Assembly (NCBI GenBank): GCA_943359555.1
Contig: CALRHW010000001.1
Coordinates: 2,718 to 66,717 of the forward strand
DNA length: 64,000 nt
DNA from: Parcubacteria group bacterium
Lineage (GTDB): Bacteria > Patescibacteriota > Minisyncoccia > Phycocordibacterales > CALRHW01
Direction of reading: 5' to 3'
Shown: one piece after another, positions 9,026 to 17,521 of the stretch
How the letters are laid out: each line of letters begins with the position of its first letter
How positions within the stretch are numbered: position 1 is the first letter of the stretch
The notes under the pieces: model-generated
The model's input: the letters and a program-made list of their open reading frames with translations, nothing else
Database searches by the model: none
What the model was told of the DNA's origin: nothing
Program-made: the position numbers and the translations under genes

Positions 9026-9457
9026 ATGCTAAAATATAGACAAGATATGAGCGAAAATACACACGTAGATTTTTTTAAAGACAAGAAAGTATTGATCGTT
9101 GAAGACGATGCCTTTTTAGGTGGAATCGTGGCTGAGTCTTTGCATAAAAATAAGGCAACGGTAAATCTAGTCACCTCCGCTGAAAATGCGATAGAATACT
9201 TAAAGAGCACTGTCCCCGATATTGTCGTGCTAGATATATTTTTGCCCGGAATGAATGGGTTCACTTTTCTGGAAGATTTTAGAAAGAATCCTTTGACTGC
9301 TAAAGTGCCTGTCCTTGTGCTTTCCAACTCTGGGCAAGCGGAAGATAGAGAGCGGGTAAAAAATCTAGGCGCAGACTTCATGGCAAAAGCCCTTGTGACG
9401 CCGAATGAAGCGATAGATCATCTGTATCAAATGCTCGTGAAGAGACAAATCCATTGA
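9026..9457 (+). CDS. stand-alone response-regulator receiver (CheY-like)
   Basis: KKVLIVEDD acidic pocket, phospho-acceptor Asp in IVVLDIFLPGMNG, and a conserved T/S and K. An alternative start exists at 9047. Confidence 0.8.
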   Translation: MLKYRQDMSENTHVDFFKDKKVLIVEDDAFLGGIVAESLHKNKATVNLVTSAENAIEYLKSTVPDIVVLDIFLPGMNGFTFLEDFRKNPLTAKVPVLVLSNSGQAEDRERVKNLGADFMAKALVTPNEAIDHLYQMLVKRQIH

Positions 9458-9507
9458 TTCTTTATCCTTAAATTAATTAAATACAAAACCCAGTAGATTC
9501 TCTCATA

Positions 9508-10596
9508 TTAAAAACCTATTTCCTCCAATTTTTTAAGATGCGGTTCAAGATCAGGGTGTTGCGGAATATATTCTCGCTCAATCATTTCTGCAACTCGCAT
9601 ACTTGGATTCTGCTTGTCCTCGTCGTGTTGGCGTTGCCAATCAGCGAGAATATCAGGATATTTTTCTTTTAGAATACCGAGCAAACGAATCATCAACGGC
9701 AAGGAAATTTTATATTTCTCTATCGCTTGAGCTTTTGCCTTTTCTTCATAATCAGGAGCTTTGTAATCAAGCGGTTCAAATTTCCTTGCCGTAAGAGCAG
9801 TTTTCAAACTGATAATGTCTTGAGGAAGTCCATATCTACTACCAGCATTTTTTAGGTGATAATCGAGAACAGAAAATCCTTGTTCTTTATCATACATAAA
9901 ATTGGAGGGCTTTGGGTCAATAACAAGTCCTTTGGCATCAAGTTCTCGAACCGTATCAATAAGTTGAATTATATTTTCGTCAGAATATTCTGGCGCTTCT
10001 TCTGGTGTAAAATTTGTTACATCAGTACCAGACAATAATTCCATAACGACAACGCCGTCCTCAAAGGAATAACTTACAAGTTGTGAAGTATGTGGAATAC
10101 CTTTTGCTCGAATCAACGGCTTTATTTCAAAATTCGCCTGTGTAATACTTCGAGAAAATTTGGCGGCATAAGTTTTCCCATCTACCTCAAGACGAAACGC
10201 AGATCCGTTACTTCCAGAGCCAAGATATTCAGGAAGTTCTTTGAAATTTCCTTGCGCTATTTTTGCTTTTAATTCTACTACTGCTGGTTGAAATTTCTCT
10301 TTATATGTTTTGATATTTTCTTCAATAAAAGAGGTTTCCAGTTTTCTTTCTTGGCGCAAGAAATTGACATAAGATTTTTTATGTTTTTGAATTAGAGAAA
10401 CAAGCTCCTCCGGTAAATCCGGTGGCAAATTGTTTAAGTCCTTTATTTGAGAAAGTTCCGCAGAATATTTTAATATTTGAGCTTGATCTTCGGAAAAGTT
10501 TTCTACACCTTTATCAGCAAAAATTTCCGCTTGCGCCTGCAAGCGTTCCTGTGATTTCTCTTCTGGATTAAATTGTGGTGCGCCTTCAAATTTCAT
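9508..10596 (-). CDS. eukaryotic-like protein kinase-fold protein (atypical Ser/Thr kinase-like)
   Basis: Gly-rich loop LGSGSNGSAF, AAK lysine (YAAKF), catalytic-loop-like IDPKPSNF (compare HRDLKPxN), and VLDY in place of DFG. Confidence 0.5.
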   Translation of the reverse strand: MKFEGAPQFNPEEKSQERLQAQAEIFADKGVENFSEDQAQILKYSAELSQIKDLNNLPPDLPEELVSLIQKHKKSYVNFLRQERKLETSFIEENIKTYKEKFQPAVVELKAKIAQGNFKELPEYLGSGSNGSAFRLEVDGKTYAAKFSRSITQANFEIKPLIRAKGIPHTSQLVSYSFEDGVVVMELLSGTDVTNFTPEEAPEYSDENIIQLIDTVRELDAKGLVIDPKPSNFMYDKEQGFSVLDYHLKNAGSRYGLPQDIISLKTALTARKFEPLDYKAPDYEEKAKAQAIEKYKISLPLMIRLLGILKEKYPDILADWQRQHDEDKQNPSMRVAEMIEREYIPQHPDLEPHLKKLEEIGF

Positions 10597-10627
10597 AAAC
10601 TTTTTCTAATTCCGACAATGTTTCGTT

Positions 10628-10703
10628 TGGTGGACCCTATCGGATTCGAACCGATGACCTCCTCATTGCAAATGAGGCGCTCTACCAACTAAGCTAAGGG
10701 CCC
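10628..10703 (-). tRNA. tRNA-Ala (anticodon TGC), CCA encoded
   Basis: The reverse complement folds as a cloverleaf: GGGCCCT acceptor with the G3:U70 Ala identity pair, anticodon loop TTTGCAA, and T-arm GGTTCGAATCC. Confidence 0.95.
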
Positions 10704-10825
10704 TTTAAAAACAACCGAATTCAATACTAACGCGGTTCATTATATGAAAAAAGCTTTATAAAATCAAGGTGACGTCAAATCAAAAAAGTTTGTAAAAGAG
10801 TAGGTGCGATTTTTAACAAAAGAAA

Positions 10826-10852
10826 AAGTGGCACCATTTTGGATGTCCACTT
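10826..10852 (-). terminator. rho-independent terminator after the 142-aa gene
   Basis: The minus strand reads AAGTGG-(15 nt)-CCACTT followed by TTTTCTTTTGTT. Confidence 0.5.
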
Positions 10853-10868
10853 TAAAGTTAAGTCTCAC

Positions 10869-11297
10869 TTATTTCTGGTAGTCATACCTGTAAGTAAGTC
10901 GCCCATGCGCAACAGTGTTCCTGTTGCCGACCTTCGCTGGAAGAAAATATATCTTTGCATTAAAGTCTGGATACATAACCCCCAAATTTTTGTCGGTGAT
11001 AGGCAACAATGTATCACCATTCAAAACTATAGAACTACCCTTGCGATCAGGTTGAGAACACACATGTTGTGCATCAACAACATACCAAACGGAACATGTT
11101 TTCAGAAGCTCTAAAATGAGCTCAATGTCGGCGTCTTTGGATGCAACCTGCGCCTGATAACGATGAACCTCCTCCTGTAGATTGGCTTTTTTGTAATACA
11201 AAGAAACGAGGCACAAAGCCAAAACCACAAAAATCGATGACGTAATAACAAAGGACAACAAAGACTTACTAAAATACTTAGTTTTCCTAGTTTTCAT
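10869..11297 (-). CDS. hypothetical N-terminally anchored/secreted protein
   Basis: N-terminal Lys-rich segment then TM (LLSFVITSSIFVVLALCLVSL). Confidence 0.45.
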   Translation of the reverse strand: MKTRKTKYFSKSLLSFVITSSIFVVLALCLVSLYYKKANLQEEVHRYQAQVASKDADIELILELLKTCSVWYVVDAQHVCSQPDRKGSSIVLNGDTLLPITDKNLGVMYPDFNAKIYFLPAKVGNRNTVAHGRLTYRYDYQK

Positions 11298-11441
11298 AAT
11301 TCCCTTTTCTGCCCTACGGAAGTGGGCTGTTTGTGAAAGAACTTTTTTTATTTATTGGATATACACACGTATGTCCAGCGTATATACGGTAATAGAATAT
11401 GAGGATAAAGTCAATTTTTTTTATTTTACGATTCTAGTCCC

Positions 11442-12425
11442 CTATTTGTCCCTCATCGCAAGCGTCAGCACGTGATCTAAAAATTCATGAAAATCAATTC
11501 CGCCGACTTTTAGTGATTTTGGTATGAGCGACTCAGATGTAAGTCCTGGCAAGGTATTGGTTTCTAAAATATAAATTCCGTCTGGAGCGACAATAAAATC
11601 ACTCCGTGAATAATGTTTTAATCCGAGAGCTTTGTGTGCGCGAACAGAAAAATCTTGAAGTAACGCTGTTTCTTCTGGCGTAAAATTGCCCGGACATATT
11701 TCCTGTGATTTTCCGCTGTATTTTGCATCGTAATCAAAAAATTTATTTTCTTGTGGTTTTATAATCTCAATCGGCGAAAGCGTATACACTTCACCGCGAG
11801 TCTTTGCACTATCCACTACGCCACAAGTAGCTTCCCTTCCCGCGATAAATTCTTCTACTATTACAGAGTCGGCTAGCTCAAAAGCTTTGTCTACACCTTT
11901 TGTAAAATTATCCCAGTTATCTACGATAGAAACTCCGAGTGATGAACCACCAGTATTTGGTTTTACAACGAGCGGTTTTTTTAAATGAGAAAAAACTCCA
12001 AAAAGCCGTGAGTCGGATTTGTCGTCACGACGAATCACTTCGTGCTTTGCGATTTTTAGGCCTCCTTTTTTAAAAGCTTTTTTTGCAAGGTGCTTGTTCA
12101 TTCCGATCGCAGACGCGAGTGCACCAGAGCCAGTGTAAGGCACATTGAACGTGTCCAGTAGCTGTTGCACTTTTCCATCTTCACCAAAATCGCCATGAAG
12201 TGCGTTGAAAATCACGTCTACCTGCGCGAGAATTTTTTCTGGCGAGCGGGCGATGCCGTCAATGTGCCACACTCCCGCTCGGTCAATAAAAATATCTTTC
12301 GGTAAATATTTTTCTGACGATAAACTTTTCAGCACGTTGCTTCCAGTTTTTAGCGACACTTCGTATTCGCCAGAAGGTCCGCCACGCAGGACACCGACTT
12401 TTATTTTTGATTTTTGAGAGGTCAT
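11442..12425 (-). CDS. ddl: D-alanine--D-alanine ligase
   Basis: KVGVLRGGPSGEYEVSL N-terminus, and the ATP-grasp segments HGDFGEDGKVQQLL and PYTGSG. Confidence 0.9.
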   Translation of the reverse strand: MTSQKSKIKVGVLRGGPSGEYEVSLKTGSNVLKSLSSEKYLPKDIFIDRAGVWHIDGIARSPEKILAQVDVIFNALHGDFGEDGKVQQLLDTFNVPYTGSGALASAIGMNKHLAKKAFKKGGLKIAKHEVIRRDDKSDSRLFGVFSHLKKPLVVKPNTGGSSLGVSIVDNWDNFTKGVDKAFELADSVIVEEFIAGREATCGVVDSAKTRGEVYTLSPIEIIKPQENKFFDYDAKYSGKSQEICPGNFTPEETALLQDFSVRAHKALGLKHYSRSDFIVAPDGIYILETNTLPGLTSESLIPKSLKVGGIDFHEFLDHVLTLAMRDK

Positions 12426-12443
12426 GTGGAGTATTATAACAAA

Positions 12444-12550
12444 CTTTATAAAACATTGTTTGAAAAGACTCGCGCAGGCGCGACGGCGCCGAGCGGAGCA
12501 GAAATCGTAGCAACGATTTACGCGTGCTTTTCAGACGATGTTTTATAAAG
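12444..12550. repeat. intergenic element: 24-bp imperfect inverted repeat arms flanking a GC-rich core that carries a 39-nt motif also found at 38521-38559
   Basis: Left arm CTTTATAAAACATTGTTTGAAAAG (12444-12467). Right arm CTTTTCAGACGATGTTTTATAAAG (12527-12550). Motif copy at 12490-12528. Confidence 0.6.
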
Positions 12551-12554
12551 TTTA

Positions 12555-13841
12555 TTAGCGTATCTTCCTTTGTAGTTTTCTATGAAAACCTATCGCGAAA
12601 CGATGAGATTCGCTGTTCCCGAGTAAAATGGCACGAGAATGTTTTTGGATGATCTGCTTGTCGCCAAGTATCTCGCGAGCTTTGTGTTTATCATCTTTTA
12701 CCACCGAAACAACCTCTATTTTTAGGCTTTTTTTGTTTAAAACTGCATTTGCTACATTGATTTGAGCTTTTGCACCGTCTACGACTATAAGGCTCGGCAA
12801 GGGCCATTCTGCGTGTGTAAGTCGGCGTGACAAAATTTCTTTCAGCGCGGCAACATCATTTATTCCCGGGTTTATTTTTATTTTAAACTTTCTATATTGG
12901 CTTTGTGCTACCTCTCCGTCTTCTATCACGGTCATCACTCCCACGACATTTGTTCCAGCTAAGTGTGCGACGTCGTATGCTTCTATGCGGAAACTTTTTG
13001 TATTTTCTGTGACGCTAGAAATTTCTCCACCAAAAGAACTCATCTCATTTTTATCTGCCGTGCCATGTTTTAAAAGTGCAATATCTTGAATATGATTTAA
13101 AGCAAAAATTGTTCTTTTTACTTCCCCCGCTTTTTCAAATTTTTTCTCGTGCGCGAAACCCTTCATTTGTTTTTCAAGGTTTCGCAAAACTGCACGTTTT
13201 TTTCCTTCAAAAAATAAGCGGAGATTTTTTATTGTTTCACCATATTCTTTTTTTGTCACAGCACCTACGCACACTCCAGAACAAAGTCCTATTTGATAAT
13301 TAAAACAAGCGCGCGGAAGTTTCCCTTTTTTCATTTGCACTTCGCTTGGCGTGCATTTTTTGTCACTGTAAGGAAAAATCTTGCGAATAATCCTCATTGC
13401 CTCTTTAAGCTGTGTCCCGTGCGGAAACGGCCCAAACATAAACTTTATTAGATCTTTAGGGAAAATTGATGAGAGACTTCTACCGCGCACGACTACTATT
13501 TTAGGAAAATCTTCTTTCGTAAAAATTACATAATTAAAACTTTTATTATCTTTTTCTTTTGAATTGTAAGGCGGGTTTAATTTTTTGATTAAATTTGCTT
13601 CAAGAATAAGTGCTTCAAGTACAGAGTCCGTCTGTGTAAAATCCACCTTCTCAAACTCTTGCAACATTTTTAAAATAAGCGGACTTCTGGTATGTGCAAT
13701 GTCCGTAGAAAAATAACTCCGCACTCTATCGCGTAGCGAAGTCGCTTTCCCTACATACAAGACACGACCGCGAGGACCTTTAAAAAAATATACTCCCGGC
13801 GTTTCTGGTAATTTTGATAAAAATTTTTGAGGCGTTTTCAT
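12555..13841 (-). CDS. uvrC: excinuclease ABC subunit C, short form lacking C-terminal (HhH)2
   Basis: GIY-YIG N-terminus GVYFFKGPRGRVLYVGKATSLRDRV. Central UvrB-interacting region and an RNase H-like 5'-incision region. Ends IVVDGAKAQ.... Length 428 aa. Confidence 0.8.
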   Translation of the reverse strand: MKTPQKFLSKLPETPGVYFFKGPRGRVLYVGKATSLRDRVRSYFSTDIAHTRSPLILKMLQEFEKVDFTQTDSVLEALILEANLIKKLNPPYNSKEKDNKSFNYVIFTKEDFPKIVVVRGRSLSSIFPKDLIKFMFGPFPHGTQLKEAMRIIRKIFPYSDKKCTPSEVQMKKGKLPRACFNYQIGLCSGVCVGAVTKKEYGETIKNLRLFFEGKKRAVLRNLEKQMKGFAHEKKFEKAGEVKRTIFALNHIQDIALLKHGTADKNEMSSFGGEISSVTENTKSFRIEAYDVAHLAGTNVVGVMTVIEDGEVAQSQYRKFKIKINPGINDVAALKEILSRRLTHAEWPLPSLIVVDGAKAQINVANAVLNKKSLKIEVVSVVKDDKHKAREILGDKQIIQKHSRAILLGNSESHRFAIGFHRKLQRKIR

Positions 13842-16516
13842 TAACCTTTCTTTAGAGCTTTTTTAAGATACACACCTGTGTGTGATTTTGGATTATTTGC
13901 TATTTCTTCTGGAGTACCTTTTGCTACTATTTGACCACCACCAAGTCCACCGTTTGGACCGATATCTATTACAAAATCAGAGCTTTTCACAATATCAATG
14001 TTGTGTTCAATGACCATCACAGTATTGCCTTTATCCACAAGTCTTTGCAAAATCTCTATGAGTTTTTTCACATCTTCATAATGTAGACCGATGGTTGGCT
14101 CGTCTAAAAGATAAATTGTTTTTTGAATATGAGGGCGATAAAGCTCTGAAGAAATTTTTACACGCTGAGCCTCGCCACCAGAAAGTGTTGTCGCCGACTG
14201 CCCGAGAGCTAAATATCCCAGCCCTACTTCAGACATAGTTTTCAACCGATCGTAAATCGCAGGAATATCTTCAAAAAATTCAAGGGCTTCTTCTACGGTC
14301 ATTTTTAGGATTTCGTAAATATTTTTCTTTTTGTATTTTATTTCAAGCGTTTCTTTTGTAAAACGTTTTCCAAAACAAATATCACACGGCACATAAACTG
14401 TCGGCAAAAAATGCATTTCCACTTCTATTACACCATTTCCCTGACATGTTTCGCATCGCCCACCTTTCACATTGAAAGAAAATCTATTTGCTTTCCAACC
14501 ACGCACACGCGCTTCTGCAGTCTCTGCAAAAAGCTCGCGGATAAAAGTAAATGAGCCAGTATAAGTCGCTGGATTTGAACGTGGAGTGCGACCGATGGCG
14601 CTTTGATCAATAAGTATAGAACGACCTAAATATTCTGTGCCAGAAAAAGAGCCGCAATTATAAACATCTGCGGAACGATAACGTCTATCAAAACGCGCTT
14701 GCAGATTTTTATGCACGATTTCATACATAAAAGTCGATTTTCCTGAACCTGAAACTCCTGTCACTGCGACAAGCACACCTAGCGGTATGTCTATATTTAA
14801 ATTTTTTATATTAAATATTTTTCCTCCACGGATTTTGAGCTCGCCTTTTGGAGAATCGCGACGTTTATCTGGTGTAGCGATAACTTTATCGCCACGCAAA
14901 TAATCAAGCGTCACAGAACCAGAAATATTTTTTTTCGCAGTGAGTAAATCTTCAAGATATCCAGACACTACAATTTCCCCGCCGTGCACTCCCGCACCCG
15001 GACCAATATCCACAATATAATCAGAAGAATAAATAGTGTCTTCATCGTGCTCCACCACAATAATAGTGTTGCCTAAATCGCGTAGATGAAGAAGGGTTTT
15101 TATGAGGCGGTCATTGTCGCGTGGATGCAAACCGATAGTCGGCTCATCAAGCACATAAAGTGCACCGACTAGACCAGACCCAAGCTGAGAAGCTAGACGA
15201 ATACGCTGAGCCTCGCCACCAGAAAGAGTGTGCGCACGGCGACTCAAAGTGAGATATTCAATACCCACATTTATCATAAATTGTAAACGCGCCTCTATTT
15301 CTTTTATCACCACTTTTGAAATATTTTTTTCGCGAGCGGTGAGTTTTACTTTATTGAAAAATTCATTAGCGTCGGCGATTGAAAGTGAGGTAAAATCCAC
15401 GATACTTTTTCCGCCGATAAAAACGTGTAGAGATTCTTCACGAAGTCGTGCGCCGTTACACTTTGGACAAGGTTCTGTACCAAAAAAATGCCGTGTGCCG
15501 AGTCCGTTACATTCTGGACAAGCGCCGTAAGGAGAGTTGAAAGAAAAAAGCCGTGGCTCTATTTCTGGATATGAATAACCATCTTTTGGACAAGCAAATT
15601 TTGAAGACATTAAAAATTCTTCGCGGTCGGTATTTTTTGGGTCTTCTTTTAATGGCTCTTTTTTCGCCATATCTCTAAAGACGATTTTTACTAGACCGTC
15701 GGATTCTTCAAGCGCCTTTTCAAGAGACTCACTAAGGCGTTCAAGTGCGTCTTTTGGATTATCTCTAAAATCCAAAACATTTATTTGATCTACCATTACG
15801 TCAATGTTGTGTTTTTTGGTTTTTGTGAGAATGATTTGGTCGCGAAGTTTTTTACGAACGCCGTCCACAAGCACCTCAGAATATCCTTTGCCGAGTAAAT
15901 CATATAGAAGCTGATAATATTCGCCCTTTCTTCCACGCACCAGCGGAGAAAAAATCTCTGCATAAACAGGAAGACCAAGCTTTTTGTCGCCAGTTTCTTT
16001 GTTTTCTTTTGCAAGCTCGTTTTGTTTCGTCTCAATTTTTTCTAAAATAAAATTTTTTATCTCTTCATTTGAAAGACGCTTGATTTCACTACCACACACG
16101 AGACAGTGTGGCTGACCAATACGAGAATATAAAATTCGCAAATAATCATAGATTTCTGTAATTGTTGCAACAGTAGAGCGCGGATTGGAAGAGCGGGATT
16201 TTTGGTCAATAGAAATTGCAGGTGAAAGTCCGACGATTTCGTCTACGTCTGGCTTTTGCATTTGTCGCAAAAATTGTCGTGCATAAGAAGAGAGCGACTC
16301 CACATATCGTCGCTGACCCTCGGCAAAAATAGTATCAAAAGCGAGCGACGATTTTCCTGAACCAGACAAGCCAGTAAAAACCGTCATTGTGTTGCGCGGG
16401 ATTTCTACCGTAACGTCTTTTAAATTGTGGGTTCGCGCTCCACGCACGATTATCAAATCTTTTTTGTTTTTCTCTTTTGGCTCCATATATAGGTTTATAG
16501 CCCAAGGACAAGCCAC
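13841..16516 (-). CDS. uvrA: excinuclease ABC subunit A
   Basis: Two ABC ATPase modules ([14 protein letters not shown]; [13 protein letters not shown]) and Zn-finger Cys pairs. Overlaps the uvrC start by 1 nt. Confidence 0.95.
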   Translation of the reverse strand: MACPWAINLYMEPKEKNKKDLIIVRGARTHNLKDVTVEIPRNTMTVFTGLSGSGKSSLAFDTIFAEGQRRYVESLSSYARQFLRQMQKPDVDEIVGLSPAISIDQKSRSSNPRSTVATITEIYDYLRILYSRIGQPHCLVCGSEIKRLSNEEIKNFILEKIETKQNELAKENKETGDKKLGLPVYAEIFSPLVRGRKGEYYQLLYDLLGKGYSEVLVDGVRKKLRDQIILTKTKKHNIDVMVDQINVLDFRDNPKDALERLSESLEKALEESDGLVKIVFRDMAKKEPLKEDPKNTDREEFLMSSKFACPKDGYSYPEIEPRLFSFNSPYGACPECNGLGTRHFFGTEPCPKCNGARLREESLHVFIGGKSIVDFTSLSIADANEFFNKVKLTAREKNISKVVIKEIEARLQFMINVGIEYLTLSRRAHTLSGGEAQRIRLASQLGSGLVGALYVLDEPTIGLHPRDNDRLIKTLLHLRDLGNTIIVVEHDEDTIYSSDYIVDIGPGAGVHGGEIVVSGYLEDLLTAKKNISGSVTLDYLRGDKVIATPDKRRDSPKGELKIRGGKIFNIKNLNIDIPLGVLVAVTGVSGSGKSTFMYEIVHKNLQARFDRRYRSADVYNCGSFSGTEYLGRSILIDQSAIGRTPRSNPATYTGSFTFIRELFAETAEARVRGWKANRFSFNVKGGRCETCQGNGVIEVEMHFLPTVYVPCDICFGKRFTKETLEIKYKKKNIYEILKMTVEEALEFFEDIPAIYDRLKTMSEVGLGYLALGQSATTLSGGEAQRVKISSELYRPHIQKTIYLLDEPTIGLHYEDVKKLIEILQRLVDKGNTVMVIEHNIDIVKSSDFVIDIGPNGGLGGGQIVAKGTPEEIANNPKSHTGVYLKKALKKG

Positions 16517-16574
16517 TGGGTTACGGGTAAACTATAACAGGTGTGAAGGGTTTTTGAAAGAAAACAAAAAAATA

Positions 16575-16714
16575 AGAAATAAGAAATGACCCTTTAAAAA
16601 ACATTCGCAGACCGAAAAGCATGGTTTTGCCTAAGGCAAATTTTCGGTCGAGGACGAAGAAAACCTTTCGCTGGAAAGGTTTTCTGTTTTTTCAAAGGGT
16701 CATTTCTTATTTCT
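16575..16714. other. ~140-nt composite stem-loop between uvrA start and response-regulator stop: 28/29-nt near-perfect inverted repeat arms enclosing nested GC hairpins
   Basis: Arms AGAAATAAGAAATGACCCTTTAAAAAAC (16575-16602) and GTTTTTTCAAAGGGTCATTTCTTATTTCT (16686-16714). Inner hairpins GACCGAAAA...TTTTCGGTC, TTGCC-TAA-GGCAA and GAAAACCTTT-CGCTGG-AAAGGTTTTC. Confidence 0.6.
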
Positions 16715-17492
16715 ATTTCTTAGTCTCCTCTAAAACCGCCGCGATTTCTTTTACAAGATCATCTAGCACAATAGTAGCCTTTACGAGAAAGCGTGCAGCA
16801 CCGAGCTGTTTACCACGATCAAGCTGACTTTGCTGAGAAAAATTGGAAAGAACAATAACTGGCACATTTTTGAGCCGATCAATGATCTTCATTTTTTCAA
16901 ATACATCAAAACCATTTATGCCTGGGAGCAAAATATCAAGAAGCAAAATGTCTGGTGTTTCTTTTTCTAAAAGTTTTAGTACATCTTCGCCTGTGGGTGC
17001 GTAAAAAAGTTTACAGCCCTGTTTTGAAAGTTTACGAGATATGAGGTCGCTTAAAAATTGATCGTCTTCCACCCACATTATTTTTTTGCCGACGAGAGGT
17101 CCGCCCTCCATACCAGATTTTGTGAGTTTTGAAAGATTGGTTTTTATCTTTAGCATTAAATCGTCCAAACTAAGCTGAGCTTTTACGATATAATCTTTTA
17201 CTCCAAGATCTACTGCACGCTTTATTTCTTCTAAATCACCAGAAGGAGAAACCATAATGAGCGGAATCTTTGTGATAGCAGGATTATCCATTTTGGTCTC
17301 CAAAATTTTGTAACCATCGGCTGTGGTTATTTCCATATCTAAAATAATAAGATCTGGTTTATAAAGAGAAATTTGTTCTATTGCAACTGCGCCGTTATTT
17401 ATAACGAGTGTTTGGTGTCCGTCTTTTTTTATCCTTTGATTTAATACATCTCCAAAAAAGATATCTTGCTCTATGATAAGAATTTTAGACAT
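16713..17492 (-). CDS. response regulator with two tandem receiver domains and no output domain
   Basis: REC1 has DLIILDMEI and REC2 has DILLLDILLPGINGFDV. No DNA-binding domain. Confidence 0.8.
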   Translation of the reverse strand: MSKILIIEQDIFFGDVLNQRIKKDGHQTLVINNGAVAIEQISLYKPDLIILDMEITTADGYKILETKMDNPAITKIPLIMVSPSGDLEEIKRAVDLGVKDYIVKAQLSLDDLMLKIKTNLSKLTKSGMEGGPLVGKKIMWVEDDQFLSDLISRKLSKQGCKLFYAPTGEDVLKLLEKETPDILLLDILLPGINGFDVFEKMKIIDRLKNVPVIVLSNFSQQSQLDRGKQLGAARFLVKATIVLDDLVKEIAAVLEETKK

Positions 17493-17521
17493 TCTGGTAG
17501 TTAAATTATATAACGATTAGA

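Noticed and set aside
8926-9381. 151-aa minus-strand ORF overlapping the receiver gene
   Set aside because: It is antisense to a well-supported CheY-like gene. It has an odd composition (FFTRSLSSACPE...) and no SD, so it is a spurious shadow ORF.
10597-10870. Integrase or mobile element next to tRNA-Ala
   Set aside because: No recombinase-like ORF and no direct repeat of the tRNA 3' end in the flanks. The neighbours are ordinary genes.
15796-16035. 79-aa minus ORF and other >60-aa frames inside uvrA, rpoB and rpoC
   Set aside because: They are embedded in alternate frames of long, well-supported genes. These are typical AT-rich shadow ORFs.
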